64,000 bases of DNA. Origin: Antedon mediterranea. Lineage: Eukaryota; Animalia; Echinodermata. Position 1 is the first letter of the stretch, and every line of letters begins with the position of its first letter. This document shows positions 13,408 through 26,221 of this stretch, piece after piece. The position numbers and the translations under genes were made by a program. The stretch spans positions 17,980,001 through 18,044,000 of the forward strand of contig NC_092674.1 in assembly GCF_964355755.1 (NCBI RefSeq), written 5' to 3'. The notes beneath the pieces were generated by a model. The model was not told the origin of the DNA. It ran no database searches and worked only from the letters and a program-made list of their open reading frames with translations.

Positions 13408-15586
13408 CTAATAATAAAAATAACACATTATTAACTAGAATTTAATTCGTCACTTTGACAAATTATAGGTGATCATTTTATAAATTTATTGACATTAATA
13501 TTTTTTAAACATGCACGTATGTTAACATACAATCGGAAAATGTTGATGTATACCATAATATTATACGCTTATAGTGCTTATTGTGCCTATTATATGTCAT
13601 ATCACATTATGTACAGTATACTGTATATCTATATACAGTGTATAGTACAGGAAAGATATGCTCAGAATCAGTAAAAGGTTGAAAAAATTGCAACAGAATT
13701 TTTTTCACCACAATGCATTTCTATAAGGTCCCTATATGAACATACTAAAAGTCTAGAAAAATCCAGGTAGGGGAAATAGGTTTTTTTAAACAAAATGGCC
13801 GCTAATGTCTAAAAATGAACAAAAAACATATATTGTATATCTAATTACCACTTGATAGCAGTTTTTATAATGCTTTCTATATTTCTTTAGTGTCAAACAT
13901 TTAAACTGCAATATACATATTAATTTAAGTGCTATTTAGCAGCAAAAACACAAATTTAAGTATCAAGATATCAATCACCACGGTTATAATAATAGACAAC
14001 GTAGTCCTATGCATTATAATGCAGGACTACGGTGTCTAATAAAACAGTTCATTTACAATAGAATTATACAATCTTACAATCTATTAATCCATTCATTTTC
14101 ATTGTCCAGTTATCATCCTCTGTCTATAGGTAGGAATTAAGCATGTGCTGATGATGCCGTGGTATTCGTCACAAACAGTGGTAACTGGTGGTAATTTTGT
14201 CATCAATGGACACATCACGCCATTTGTAACTTTCCATCCCCCAGTCTGTGGGTTGAAGAGTGATTTCTATCCACTGCTGTACCATGGTAATATACACGCA
14301 GGGAATGACATTTTGCAGCATTTGTTGTTGGGGGGAATAGACTTTATTTCAAGTGCTGTTTTGCTTTTTGCTACTTTCTCCCAGAACGTATTCCTCCATA
14401 GCGCTACCAATGCCAATTCCTCTGAAGCGATGGAATCTTTTTTTTGAAGACGTTTGGTTTTACAGAGTTTGTAAGCATACTACTGCCCAGGTGTTATGAC
14501 TTTTTAAGATTAACACCTTTTTTTTTACCAAATAGATGGGATGTAGCATCACATCCCTGGATTACATGTATAAAAAGCAAATTAATTTTTACAGAGCTTC
14601 ACACCAAGGAAAGACTTTACATGCATTCACAGTGCTCCCCCATCGAGAACATACAGTATTAAATCAATGAATGAAGCAACCGTGACAGAATATTAATTTA
14701 AGAGGAAAGAACATATATTATTACACATGGGTCAAAATCAACTATTTTTATCAATAGAGAAGCAGTGCACATTCCCTCACATATACTATTTCATCATTGA
14801 TGGCTATGTGAGACAGTCATACACAATGCATCATTTGTTCAAAAAGAACCTTGTACTTTTCCTGCAGCCCTCTTTTACTCCATCGACTCCATACACACTG
14901 CTAGACTACTCAGAAACATTCATCTCACTGCCCACTGTATGTTATCAATGGGGGAGCACTGCTACATCAAACCTCTTGGCCCGAAACACCAACATTTCAA
15001 GACATTTATTATGTACCATGTATGTTTGTTACGTTATGTGAAGGCAAAGTAAACTCTTGTGTTTTTATATAATTATGGGCCGTAAGTAAATTTGGTTTAG
15101 GAAAAGCTGGAAAATCATCACAGTTGGAGTTGTATGTCAAATTTTGTAAACCAAACAGTTTCCAAAAAAAAGAAAACATTGCATCAGGAATTTGGCATTG
15201 GTAGCTCTATATGGAGGGAAGTCAATGGAGACTTTAGACAGCCTACTTTTCTTTGAGAAAGTTGCAAAAAGCAAATCTATTCCCTTGCTGCAAAATGTTA
15301 TTTCGTGAGTCTTTATTACCAGGTATAGCAGTGGATAGGAAATACTCTTCAACCCACAGACTAGGGATGGAAAGTATTGATGACAAATTTACTACCAGCA
15401 CCAGAGAAACTATTAAAGTTGATTAGATGTACCTGTAAATAAGGTTGTAGTTAAATGAATTGCAGTTGCAGAAAATATAGGTTGGACTGCTGCTCCACTA
15501 TTTTTTAAGAATGCCACGGCATCAGCACATGCTCAATTCCCCACCAATAGATGGAGGATGAGATACTGACAAGATGAAAGTGAAAT

Positions 15587-15971
15587 TACCGCATTTATTT
15601 GAATAAATGCCCTTGGTGGTTGGGGTAGTGGGGGCGTGTAATCGTCGTGAGGAGTTTATTCGGAGAGGCGTTTATTTTTGTGGGTGTAATGTGGTAACAT
15701 GTATTAATCAAATAAATACACCCTTTAGATATGAACAAATACAACACCATCATGTCATTCAGTGAATTCTATTACAAATAGAGATGTGTTAAAACACAAT
15801 ATTATGTATAATATGAATGTGGCGAGTCGTACATTCGACGAAATAAATTCAAAATGATGTCCGATGGGGGCAGGGGAGGGGGTGCGCTGGTGTAGGTTAT
15901 TCAAAATGATGTCTTATGGGGGAGTTTATTCGATTTTTCTAAATGTAGCATTTATCCGAATAAATACGGTA
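15587..15971. mobile_element. Tc1/mariner (pogo-like) MITE
   Basis: Inverted ends TACCGCATTTATTTGAATAAATGC and GCATTTATCCGAATAAATACGGTA, with TA at both borders. Confidence 0.6.
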
Positions 15972-15988
15972 ATAGATTGATTGTAGTC

Positions 15989-16313
15989 CAGTGATGGCGC
16001 AAGGATTTTGCTGGGGGGGGGGGGGGGGAGAGCGCAGCTAGCATCAATTGGCTGGGCCATCAATGGGAGCGCACCCAGAAGTTCCAACAATATTATACCA
16101 GTAAAGGGTAGTTTTAGTCACTTTTAAAAATGAAAATCCTTGAAACAGCACTCAATGGGGTATTGTTTTATATTAGGAATTATCATCATATTGTCTACAT
16201 ATACTCCCGAAAATAGCCAATTGGGGAGAGGGGATGGGGGGGCTGGACAGACTCCCTCACCCTTCCCATATGATCTCCCATCCCTATACCCCTCCCCACT
16301 GGTACCACCAATG
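15989..16313. mobile_element. Putative hAT MITE
   Basis: Imperfect TIRs CAGTGATGGCGCAAGG / CTGGTACCACCAATG. Flanks ttgtagtc and ttgtaata may be a degenerate 8-bp TSD. Confidence 0.4.
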
Positions 16314-16341
16314 TTGTAATATATTGTTATAACAGTACAAA

Positions 16342-17996
16342 CAGGGCCGTAGCCAGGATCTGTCAAGGGGGGGTTCGCACACTAAGTATTTGGGTCACCC
16401 CACCCCCATACCGTGGACTATTTAAAATGAGTCATATGGCCGAGCGGTTAAGGCAGGGGCGCCGTTTACCGTACCTAAAGAGCCAACAACATCGGCAATG
16501 GTTCGAGGCCGACTCGCTCCTAGTTCTGGTGGTGGAACAAGTCTTCTCGGATAAGGACTATAAACCGTAGGTCCAGTGTACACAGTTATAACCTGTGTGT
16601 ACTTTAAAGAACCCAGTTCATTATTCGAAAAAGAGTAGGGGGTTACCCCGGTGAACTGGTTTACACAATATCCCCTGTATCAGGGGGATTACCACCTATC
16701 TGATAGGACAGTGATTAATTCACTATTGGTAATCCTTGGCCACATTGCCTAAAGACATAAAATAAAATAAATAAATAAAAACATTTGTTGCCGTATGTTA
16801 GATGCGCGTGCTCTGTGCGGAACCGCCGATTGTTTGATCATTTACTCGATATTTTGTTTTGCGTTCAAGTTCAATGCGAACGTACGTCTAGGAGAAGCCC
16901 CGAAAAAAGCACACTGGATGAAGGCAAATGCAATTCTTATTATAGCTCTATCTATAATATTTATTTACAGCAATTTGTTGAGGAAATTAAATATGCCAAT
17001 GTAAATAGGTGATATTGATACATTTGAGTACGTATCGGCGAAGCAAATTTTGTTAAATGACACCCCTAGATGGCCGGAAAAGACACTCTCATGCAGCATG
17101 CTACCAATGAGCAAAACGATCGTACTTGGACTCGTGGACTATTTAAACGATAACATTTGTTGCCGTATGTTAGATGCGCGTGCTCTGTGCGGAACCGCCG
17201 ATTGTTAGATCATTTTACTCGATATTTTGTTTTGCGTTCAAGTTCAATGCGAACGTACGTCTAGGAGAAGCCCCGAAAAAAGCACACTGGGTGAAGGAAA
17301 ATGCAATTCTTATTATAGCTCTATCTATAATATTTATTTACAGCAATTTGTTGAGGAAATTAAATATGCCAATGTAAATAGGTGATATTGATACATTTGA
17401 GTACGTATCGGCTGGTGGTCTAGAAAAAAATAATCGGATGCCATAATGTGAACTACAGTACATGATACCATAGATATTATAGTGTAAAATATTAATATTC
17501 ACTATAATCCTCTACTTCATAGCCACACATAAATACTGATGTATGTCGGAAGGCTATATACTTTATGCATGCTGCCTGACTGCCAGTGATCTAAACAATT
17601 GGTACGCAGTTGTCTGGCGGTGTCCTTTGTACGAATCGTTCGTCCCCCAGCTCGCTGTGAGACGCGTCAATATCATGTTGAATGCAGGGACCAAACATTT
17701 ATTTTTCAGGTTAAAATCGGCAATTCATTTGCAACTCTTAGAAATTTACAGACTATATCGCTCGAAGTACGCTCATACAGGGAAGAAGGTACTGTATGAG
17801 TTATTCCGAACGAGTTTACGAATTTTTTAATTTACGAACAACTTTTTGTACTGTGGGGCACGTATTTGGACGATTTTCGGAGATGAGGGTGAGGTATTGG
17901 GCATGTCGGGGATGGGGGTTCGCAGTCGGTTAAGGGGGGTTCGCTGTAAAGGGGGGTTCGCCCGAACCATAAAAACCCCCCCTGGCTACGGGCCTG
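16342..17996. mobile_element. hAT-like non-autonomous element with internal ~370-bp tandem duplication
   Basis: TIRs CAGGGCCGTAGCCAGG / CCTGGCTACGGGCCTG, with ACAAA on both flanks. 16781-17040 is nearly identical to 17153-17411. Confidence 0.65.
16429..16780 (+). mobile_element. tRNA-derived SINE with Deu/Nin-type central domain
   Basis: A box TGGCCGAGCGG and B box GGTTCGAGGCC. Core GGATAAGGACTATAAACCGTAGGTCC..TAAAGAACCC..TTCGAAAAAGAGTAGGGG resembles the DeuSINE domain. (TAAAA)n tail. Absent from the second copy of the host tandem duplication. Confidence 0.75.
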
Positions 17997-19533
17997 ACAA
18001 ATGTAAACTGATTTATTATTAGACACCGTAATCCTATGCATTAAGCATAGGAAGGACTGCGTTTTATATATTATTATAACAATAGGGATATATCTAGATA
18101 CTTAAACATTTGTTTTGCGGCCATTTTCTAATTAACAGCACTTAAAATAATGTGTATATTGTAGTTCAGATCTTCAAAACTGTAAAGAAATATAAAAATC
18201 ATTGTAAAAACCGCTATAAAGTGGATTATTAAATTGAATTAGATCTACTATTTATGTTTTTTTGTCCTTTTTTAGGCATTTTCGACATTGGCGGCCATTT
18301 TGGTTAAAAAAACCTATTTCCCCTACCTGGATTTTTCTAGACTTTTAATATGTTCATATAGGGACCTTATAGAAATGCACTGTGGTGAAATAAATTCTGT
18401 TGCAATTTTTTCAACCATATTTCATAGTTTTCCTGTACTAGTAGCATTGGTGAAATTACAGACACACATCATGTTCTAAGTTTTCGGCACTGATGAAAAT
18501 ATAAAAATAAACTTGTGGATAACAATATCGAAAGATAATGAATTGAGCAATAAAATATAACATTTGGAAGAAAATTTGGCACGTAGAAGCGCGGTGCGCG
18601 CTCTTTAAAATTTGTAAAACTTTGTCGAAAGAGACGAAAAAACTATTTTTTAACTTCAACTGGCCAAATGATAACTTCACAACATTCGATAGGCATAATT
18701 TTTATATGAATTCATATCTACATTTCACCAGCTCTCATAATAAGTTATAAACATCAAGGTCAACTTTAATTCAGAAGAGCTGTAAGGTATTCAAATATAC
18801 TTTGTAGGTGAAATTACGTAACCACCGTTATTAAAATTTTAAGACATGATGACGTCATCAAAATGAAAATATTGGAAACTCAAGAGGAGTTTTCCATTTG
18901 CAATAAATGCCAAATCAATTAACATGTGTATCCAGTCCATAAAATCCAGTAATAAGGAACTTGGCTAAGAGATTAAAAGAAAGCATATTACAATGTAATA
19001 ATAAGATGATCCCTGGAATCTCTCGGCTTTGTATATGTTGTGTTGTGTTGCTGCAAATCAGTTAGTAAGAATGTGGCTACCAAGGCCACCAGTGAATTCC
19101 CTGACATTTTCCCCTCGTCTGAAATATTCAGTTTTTACCACCCACCCCAATCCCCCAGCACAACTAGTATTTTATATTAATTATATTTAAAGCATCTTTG
19201 CCTCATCTGTTTTGAACCTCTTGCTCAAACTTGACACCGATTACAGGTCCGCAGCAATTACACAGATTTTACACATGCGTCAAAAGTTGGTCATGGTATA
19301 CGATTTGTAGTCAGTACTGTACTTTTACCGTTATCTGGCCAGTTTGCCTAATCCCAATTTGCCACGTTGAGCAAACTGGGATTCGGCAAAAAGCTAGTGT
19401 ATGTGGAATAACTTTATCAAATATAAATACGATCTGCAGTTTTGTACTGATGAGATGACACTTTCCAACTTTTCCTAGTGTCGCTTCTAGTTTAATTCTA
19501 ATTTAGTATTCTGTATAATTCACAAAAACTTAC

Positions 19534-20020
19534 CATTTAATATATCGGATATTTGGCACAAAAAGGTAGGTTCCTGCTTCTTATGCTTCAGAATATGTTT
19601 CTGCATTTCAAGAAAACTTGGTGTGTAGTTAAATGGAATAACAGTTTTAGAACATTGATCAATATTCTGAAAGACTCCAAAAAACTCTTTATCATATTCA
19701 TCTTTATCATATTGCAATGTGTGCATATCAACACTCTTTGCTTGAAATGTATGTACAGTTTGTTGGTCATTAATTAACTCACTTCCATCAGTAAACAAAT
19801 TTGTTTTGGATTTATTACCATGAATAAATTCTTGCGATCCAATCGCAGTATATTCTGAAGTAGAGTAATCAAACTTGCAGTGGCTTTGGATGGTAAAATC
19901 ACTCTTAATTTCACTTGTGAGTTTAATTAATTGTTCTCCTTTCCAAAGCCCAATGTCTTCTTTCCCATTTGGATATGTTAAAATGCCTGGGCCTTCTCTT
20001 TCATCTTCTTTATAAAGGCC
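19534..20020 (-). CDS. ANKMY1: ANKMY1-like gene, exon C (last MORN repeat and linker)
   Basis: Bounded by tttcag|GGC and AATG|gtaagt. Begins GLYKEDEREGPGILTYPNGKEDIGLWKGEQLIKL, resembling the recalled ANKMY1 pattern GLYK.D.R.GPG..TYP.G..D.GLW..EQLIKL. 487 bp, ends in phase 1. Confidence 0.88.
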
Positions 20021-21935
20021 CTGAAATAAATTTAAACTGAATATTCTTATATTGAGATATGCATTATTTTACAGAATACATGTATTGCTTGCTTACAGCT
20101 GTAATATAACCTTTGAAATACTCTGTGGTATGTAAGTATATTTTCTCAAGAGAAAACATAAAAATTATAATTTCCAAAGAGGATCTCAAATTTTATAACA
20201 TGGCAAGGCAATATTTGTTATCATATAGCCAAAATCATTACCAGTCTAAGCCTGGCTAACCGTTAGCTTTTAGTACCCCGGCTAGCCCGGTAGTAGTTAT
20301 GTCTTTTTAATTAGGCTGACCATGAGTAATCATTTTACCGTGATATATTAGGTGCAATCACTACCACCGAAAGGCTATTCACTATGCATCAGTAAACACA
20401 AGAAATTTGAGAATGCCTCTTTCTCTCAGTGATTAGATTGTTATTGAGCGCGAAATTTAGTAGATGAGTGATCGGCTATTCCATTTTCCGCGGGCATTAC
20501 AATATACTTATACCATTCCTTCTGTGTGAATTGTTATATTCCACTTTTAATAAAAAATGTACAATACACCAGAATAAGAAATCTCGCCAGTCCAGGCCAG
20601 TGTTATATAGCAACGTAAAATCCAAACGTTTAAATCGGAAAGCAATGAATATTTGTCTCACCCACGTTTGGAATATGTATGTCATGTGACCAACCACCAG
20701 GCTATCCAACCAATCATGGTATAATCTGCAGGGTAGGTATAGTATTGCTTTAATAGTAAGGCAGCTCTTAATATTGTACCATTCTCAAACACTTCACAAT
20801 CGGAATTATTATTATTATTATCGAATTATTTTCTATCATTTCAAAGTTAAAGATAATAATGTAGGCGCGGTTTATATAATCTTAATCAATCCATTAGTTT
20901 AAACATGGCACTGCAACACACTGGGCATCTTAGATGGCCAATAGATAATATCCCTTGCATCGAAAGGAATGGTGTTGTGTACCTAGAAGTTAGGGAATCG
21001 TTTCAATTCCTTGGAATATGGCGTAGAAAAAAAAAGTATGGGTACGGACAAATTGATAAATTTCTGAATGAGAACGGAATTGTTGTGAGAAATGAAATAC
21101 TGACCAGCAATACTGGCAAAAGAACACATATAAGCATTTCTATATTTTTGTCGATACTGTTTAGCGGTTCGTGTTTGACCGACAGTGATTTAAAAAAACA
21201 AATCTATACAGACATTCAAGAACATACACTAAAAATATTTGAGTTACGAGACTTTCTCCTATTAAAAGCCACTACCGCAGTAAACCAAAGGGTTGTTATT
21301 GACGAAGATGACCCTATTATTATTAATCAAAACACAAGGCAAAAAAAGTCCACTTCCAATCTAGTAAGTGCCCTGGACCGAGCACCTGGAGAGAATGGGT
21401 ATTTGCAACCCAGAAGTCCATCCCAAAGGCAATCTGTGTGGCGTTTGAATCGTCGAATCGATACGCAGCGAACTGCCTTAAAGAAACTTGCTTCCGATGT
21501 TCATGGGGGCTCAAAGCAAGACCTACTTCAGGGACTGGTTTGGTATGTATCATAACATATTTAAATTCAAATAATAAATTCGTTAGTCGTCGCAGTAAGA
21601 CGCCTCTAATAATAATATATTTACTAAATTAAGTTCATACCGGTAATAAGCAAAAGTTAAAATTTCTAACATAGCAGTATAATTTGCATAATTGAGTACG
21701 AACAAACCTAAATAATAATTCAACTCATATAAATTAATTATAGGGAGTTATCACGACCGGTGCTTGACAACGAGCCTGACGATTGGAATGGTCGTCTCCG
21801 TGCAGATGATCTTGTGTGGGTGTTAAAACAGACTAAGTCATCGTATAACAAAGATCCGTCACTTTTTGATGAGATAGTCAGGTAAAATACAAAATAGTTT
21901 ATTTTAATAAGATGTAAATTCTTAAGTAATATACT

Positions 21936-23426
21936 ATGTTTTATTCCATGAACGCAGTCGTTCCAATAATAACGGAAATCATTAACCATTCTCTTAATAC
22001 CGGCATAGTGCCAGATGAACTGAAAATTGCTCACGTTCGTCCTTTAATAAAAAAGCAAAACTTGGATCATAACACGCTGAAAAATTACCGCCCGGTGTCG
22101 AATCTTTCTTTTCTTGGAAAGACTCTGGAGCGTGTAGTGACATCACGCATTACTCCATATCTTCAAAAGCATAATTTAAATGAGAATTACCAGTCGGCAT
22201 ATCGTGCATGTCATAGCACGGAGAGTTCCCTTTTAAAGGTACAGAATGATTTGTTACAAGGAATGAATGATGGGAAAATAACGCTATTGGTGTTGTTGGA
22301 TTTGTCAGCAGCGTTTGATACAGTTGATCACCAAAGACTGATAACCCGTCTGAGAAATCGCATTGGCATAAATGGTGTTGCTCTTAACTGGTTCCAGTCA
22401 TATCTTACAGGAAGACGTCAGCTAGTCTGTATCAATGATGCATTCTCAGATGAAGCTTGCCTGGAATATGGTGTACCACAGGGGTCAGTAATTGGGCCTG
22501 GCCAGTTTTCCATTTATACGCTTCCCCTTGGTGACATTATTCGCAAACACAGTCTACATTTCCATTTCTATGCAGATGATACACAGATTTATGTGTCAGT
22601 AAATCCAGTACAAAGGGATGTTGCTGCAGCAATCAGTAAGATGGAAGCCTGTATAGAAGATGTTCGCAATTGGATGACAACAAATTACCTAAAGTTGAAT
22701 GATGGAAAGACAGAGTTTATTATCGTCGGGTCTAAATGTAACATCTCCAAAATCAACATCACGCATATCAGAATCGGAAACTCTAACATCGCTCCCTCAT
22801 CGGTGGTCCGGAATCTGGGAATCATGCTGGATAGTAATCTCACTATGGAAGCACAAATAACAACTGTATCCAAAGCAGCATGCATATCGATTAGGAACCT
22901 TGGTCGTATTCGCGGTAATCTTAACAAGAAAACAGCTGAATTGATTGTACACTCATTTGTCACTTCTAAAATTGACATTGGTAATGCCTTGTTGTTTGGC
23001 ATACCAAAATCTCAAATACAACGTTTGCAGCGCTTGCAAAATATGGCAGCTAGAATTGTAACTTATACAAAATCAAACGCTCACATAACTCCTGTCCTGA
23101 TGGATTTGCATTGGTTGCCTGTTCAACAACGTATTAAGTACAAACTTGCGTTGTTTGTATTCAAGATCCTAAATGACAGTGCTCCTGCTTATTTATCTGA
23201 CCTTGTGGATCGTTACGAATCATCCCGCAGAGGCCTACGATCATTGTCACAAAACCTTCTTCAAGAGCGTAGAGCGAAAAATCAGTGGGGTCAGAGATCT
23301 TTTTACGTTGCGGCCGCAAGTGTATGGAACAGCTTACCAGCAACAGTTAAATGCTCAACTAGTCTAAACAGTTTCAAGACCAACCTAAAGACGTCGCTAT
23401 TCGCTGATGTTCTCGCACGTTGTTAA
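21936..23426 (+). CDS. L2 reverse transcriptase, C-terminal part of ORF2, uninterrupted
   Basis: NYRPVSNLSF, QSAYR..HSTES, LDLSAAFDTVDH, GVPQGSVIGP, YADDTQ, HITPVLMDLHWLP. The N-terminal Met probably derives from flanking DNA. Confidence 0.88.
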   Translation: MFYSMNAVVPIITEIINHSLNTGIVPDELKIAHVRPLIKKQNLDHNTLKNYRPVSNLSFLGKTLERVVTSRITPYLQKHNLNENYQSAYRACHSTESSLLKVQNDLLQGMNDGKITLLVLLDLSAAFDTVDHQRLITRLRNRIGINGVALNWFQSYLTGRRQLVCINDAFSDEACLEYGVPQGSVIGPGQFSIYTLPLGDIIRKHSLHFHFYADDTQIYVSVNPVQRDVAAAISKMEACIEDVRNWMTTNYLKLNDGKTEFIIVGSKCNISKINITHIRIGNSNIAPSSVVRNLGIMLDSNLTMEAQITTVSKAACISIRNLGRIRGNLNKKTAELIVHSFVTSKIDIGNALLFGIPKSQIQRLQRLQNMAARIVTYTKSNAHITPVLMDLHWLPVQQRIKYKLALFVFKILNDSAPAYLSDLVDRYESSRRGLRSLSQNLLQERRAKNQWGQRSFYVAAASVWNSLPATVKCSTSLNSFKTNLKTSLFADVLARC

Positions 23427-23504
23427 TGCACAAAGCGCCATGAGCGCCACATGGGTGGAGGATACCGGCGCTATATAAGTTTTCATTTATTATTATTATT
23501 ATTA
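21948..23504 (+). mobile_element. 5'-truncated L2-clade LINE
   Basis: Open RT frame, an L2-type 3' end (GCGCC..GGCGCTATATAAG) and a (TTA)n tail. TATTCC occurs at both borders. Confidence 0.88.
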
Positions 23505-26221
23505 TATTCCGCAATGTCTATATACCCTGCCTATATGCAACTCCTTGATTTATTCCAAAGGCGATCGACCGAGTGCATCCGGAACGTATCTTTGATATTA
23601 AGCTGGAAAATATGGGGATATGCATTGATCATGCGATCACCAGAACTATGGAGTATGAGCTCGAGAAGTTGGTTAATGAAGTTCACCAGTAAGTATTCAT
23701 TCTTTACTTGATCCATGGATAACATATTGTTTCAAACTATTATTTTGCTGCAATTAGGCTATGTAAAACAACAGGGAATTGTAAAATAAGAAATACAATA
23801 CTGTTGAGGGATACAACTGGTTTGGGAACTGTAATATCAAAGAACAGTACCTTGATAACACATTGTTAATACTGTTAAGTGTTGTAAACCAAATCGACAA
23901 CTGTTTTTTGTTGTATTTATAGGACAACTTCGTTAATTGCTGGAAGAGAGGGCGTCCGATTTCGTTCTGCAAGATAAAGAAGGTTCGAAGCCAACATTAA
24001 AGCCCGAGGTGTACATCATGACAAAGACGGCGGATTCCACATCCGCTTTGATGAAAATGATAAGCTTCAAACAATTTCTTTGAACAAGTCGTCAGCCCAG
24101 CTAATTCTGTACCCTGCCAACAAGACCTTTTTTGCATATGAAAATGATTGTCCATTTACAGATATTTTTGACGGAGTTCTGCCGGACGAACATTTTCAAA
24201 ACAACTTGCCCGACGATTTGCAAATTTTGTTAAACTTGTCAACGTCAACTATCACTTACAAAAGAGTGCATCAATTAATATTTTACCATCTGGCTATGAT
24301 GTATAAAATTCTACGACAATGCCCACGTACAGCGCGAGATGAAAATCTTGTTGAAAGCATTAATGAAGACGATTATGAGTGGGGCCTCAGCAATGACACC
24401 ATCAAAGAATACACAAGGCACGCCGATTTATTTCATCGTCTTCAGGTGTTCCGGTTCGGCAATAAGTTTTCTCCGTATGTTAATCGATGTGGTACCAATT
24501 TTGCTGAAATCGCTTCCGTTTCACAGTTTGATGCCTTTGTCGACTGAAGGGGGTGAACGTTCACATTATGTCGACATGTGTCATTTTTATCAGCACACGA
24601 TGCGTGGTGGTGGAAAGGGAAAGGAAGATCCAATACTGAAACTATTTCAGTGGCAGTGGAGAAAACTTATATCAGAATGTTTGGACACCGTACAGGAACG
24701 TTTCACTAAATTGGTAAACGACTCGGTAGCAGAGAACGATGAAACAGATAATAATTTAGATGAAACAATAGGCCCGAATGACGTGGAAATACACGATTTC
24801 ACCAACCAACAATTAGATAGTGAAGAAGCAGCTCAACAATCATCGATGTGTGTTCTTAGTTGGAAAACAATCGTTCTTGCTGGTACGCTTTACAAGTCGC
24901 AGAAGAAAATAGCTTCAACGAAACTTATTACGAAATTCGGGGGAACACTCTGGTCTATATCAAAGTCGACTTTGCCATCCCCATACATTCCACATCATAA
25001 CCTAATCGTTGTGTCAACACAAAAAGAGTGCGACAAGGCCCATGGAAAAGTCCCTACTTTGCTTGCGGAGGCAGCACGACGCAGGGTTACAATTGTCAGC
25101 GATAACTTTTTGAAAGATATTGAGAACGGATGTATCGGAACACGGTCTCATAAGGATTACCTCCTTGATACATCGACATTAGAAAATGCACCAACAATGA
25201 CTTTGCAGAGTTTACCACAGGATACTACACTTCAACAATATAGAAGGTACGTCAGGCTTCTTTTATAGTAAACAAACTAAATAATTATTTAATATTTTTT
25301 GTATGAGCCGACATACGCGTTAAAGTAGCAAAATCGTTTAATGCACATTACAGTACGTGTTATGTTTAATGTGATATCTAACCACCGGTGATCTAACACG
25401 ATAAACAAACCAAAACTACAATGGTTCGAAATACATAACACTGGGCCCATTAAAGATAACATTTAAATAATAATATATAACAAATTTACTAATATGTATT
25501 GTTAAATTTACAGTAAAATGCCAAGTGCATACACAATGCTGAAAAGAAAGGAGCGCATGGAAAGATTACCCCTTCAGATTATTCAACAAATAACTGATAC
25601 ACCTAAACGAAAGCATAACGCAACACTCAACAAGAACAAAAGAAGACGAACAAGTGGATGGAATTTGTTTAGGCAATCAGGCGGAAGGGTAAATCTAGCT
25701 CTATAATACTTATATTGTATTAATAGGCCTACATTAAAAGAAACGGTATAGATAATAATAATATAATGTTCTTTTGCAAACTTGTGGATAAATATCTATA
25801 ATGTTTTGCGTTTAAAGTTGATATATACTGTATCCGTGTCGCAGTACAGTAAGTAACTTCCAATGCGCATTACAGTACCTAGTTTTAATTGTATTCGGTG
25901 TGTAAACGCATTTTAATTCATTTTTTAAGGTTCAAGTTCAAGATGAAAATACACCTATCATAGCACAGAATCGCTTGACTAGTCAAAATCGAAGACACGT
26001 TGAAAGATGGAATAATCTGACAAGGGACGAGAAGGAAGTGTGGAATACCAGAGCGCGTCTACTTAATGACAACAGACCGTAGGTAAAACAGTTATTGAAG
26101 ATGAAATAATTAAACTAAATTGGTAACAGAAACAAAAAACGCAAACTCCTGTATTTATTTATAAAAATATTAATATTTTACTATACGGTATTCACTCAAT
26201 ATTTAATTACCTAATTTAAAT

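Larger units (their letters stand above)
13643..18440. mobile_element. Academ derivative 2 with nested MITEs and a SINE
   Basis: Termini TAGTACAGGAAA..TTTCCTGTACTA with TSD GTA (13640-13642, 18441-18443) and ~400-bp imperfect TIRs. Remnant motifs LQPTD*GWKV and PAPEKLLKLIRCTCK..CSCRKY (15340-15500). Confidence 0.8.
20905..26082 (+). pseudogene. Spliced DDE transposase with BRCT and HMG box; exons 20905-21542, 21744-21881, ~23507-23688, 23923-25246, 25514-25688, 25930-26082
   Basis: All traceable GT-AG junctions are phase-consistent (the exon 2 to 3 junction is disrupted by the L2 insertion). CIDHAITRTME and FSPY/LIDVVP..SLMPLSTEGGERSH..FYQHTMRGGG resemble RAG1 NYFHKTLAHVP..GAWASEGNES. BRCT-like LSWKTIVLAG..LITKFGG..IVSDNFLKD. 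HMG-like KRRRTSGWNLFRQ..ERWNNLTRDEKEVWNTRA. Damage: two stops, one frameshift near 24479, L2 insertion. Confidence 0.7.

Noticed and set aside
16429-16520. tRNA gene
   Set aside because: A and B boxes are present, but it continues into a SINE body and A-rich tail, with no convincing cloverleaf.
16785-17377. Two near-identical small membrane-protein-like ORFs
   Set aside because: They arise from a tandem duplication inside a non-autonomous element and have no recognisable domain or splice structure.
24339-24480. N-terminus of the 309-aa ORF as a separate gene start
   Set aside because: The real reading is the 24080 frame up to FSPY, then a frameshift into this frame; both ORFs are parts of one exon.
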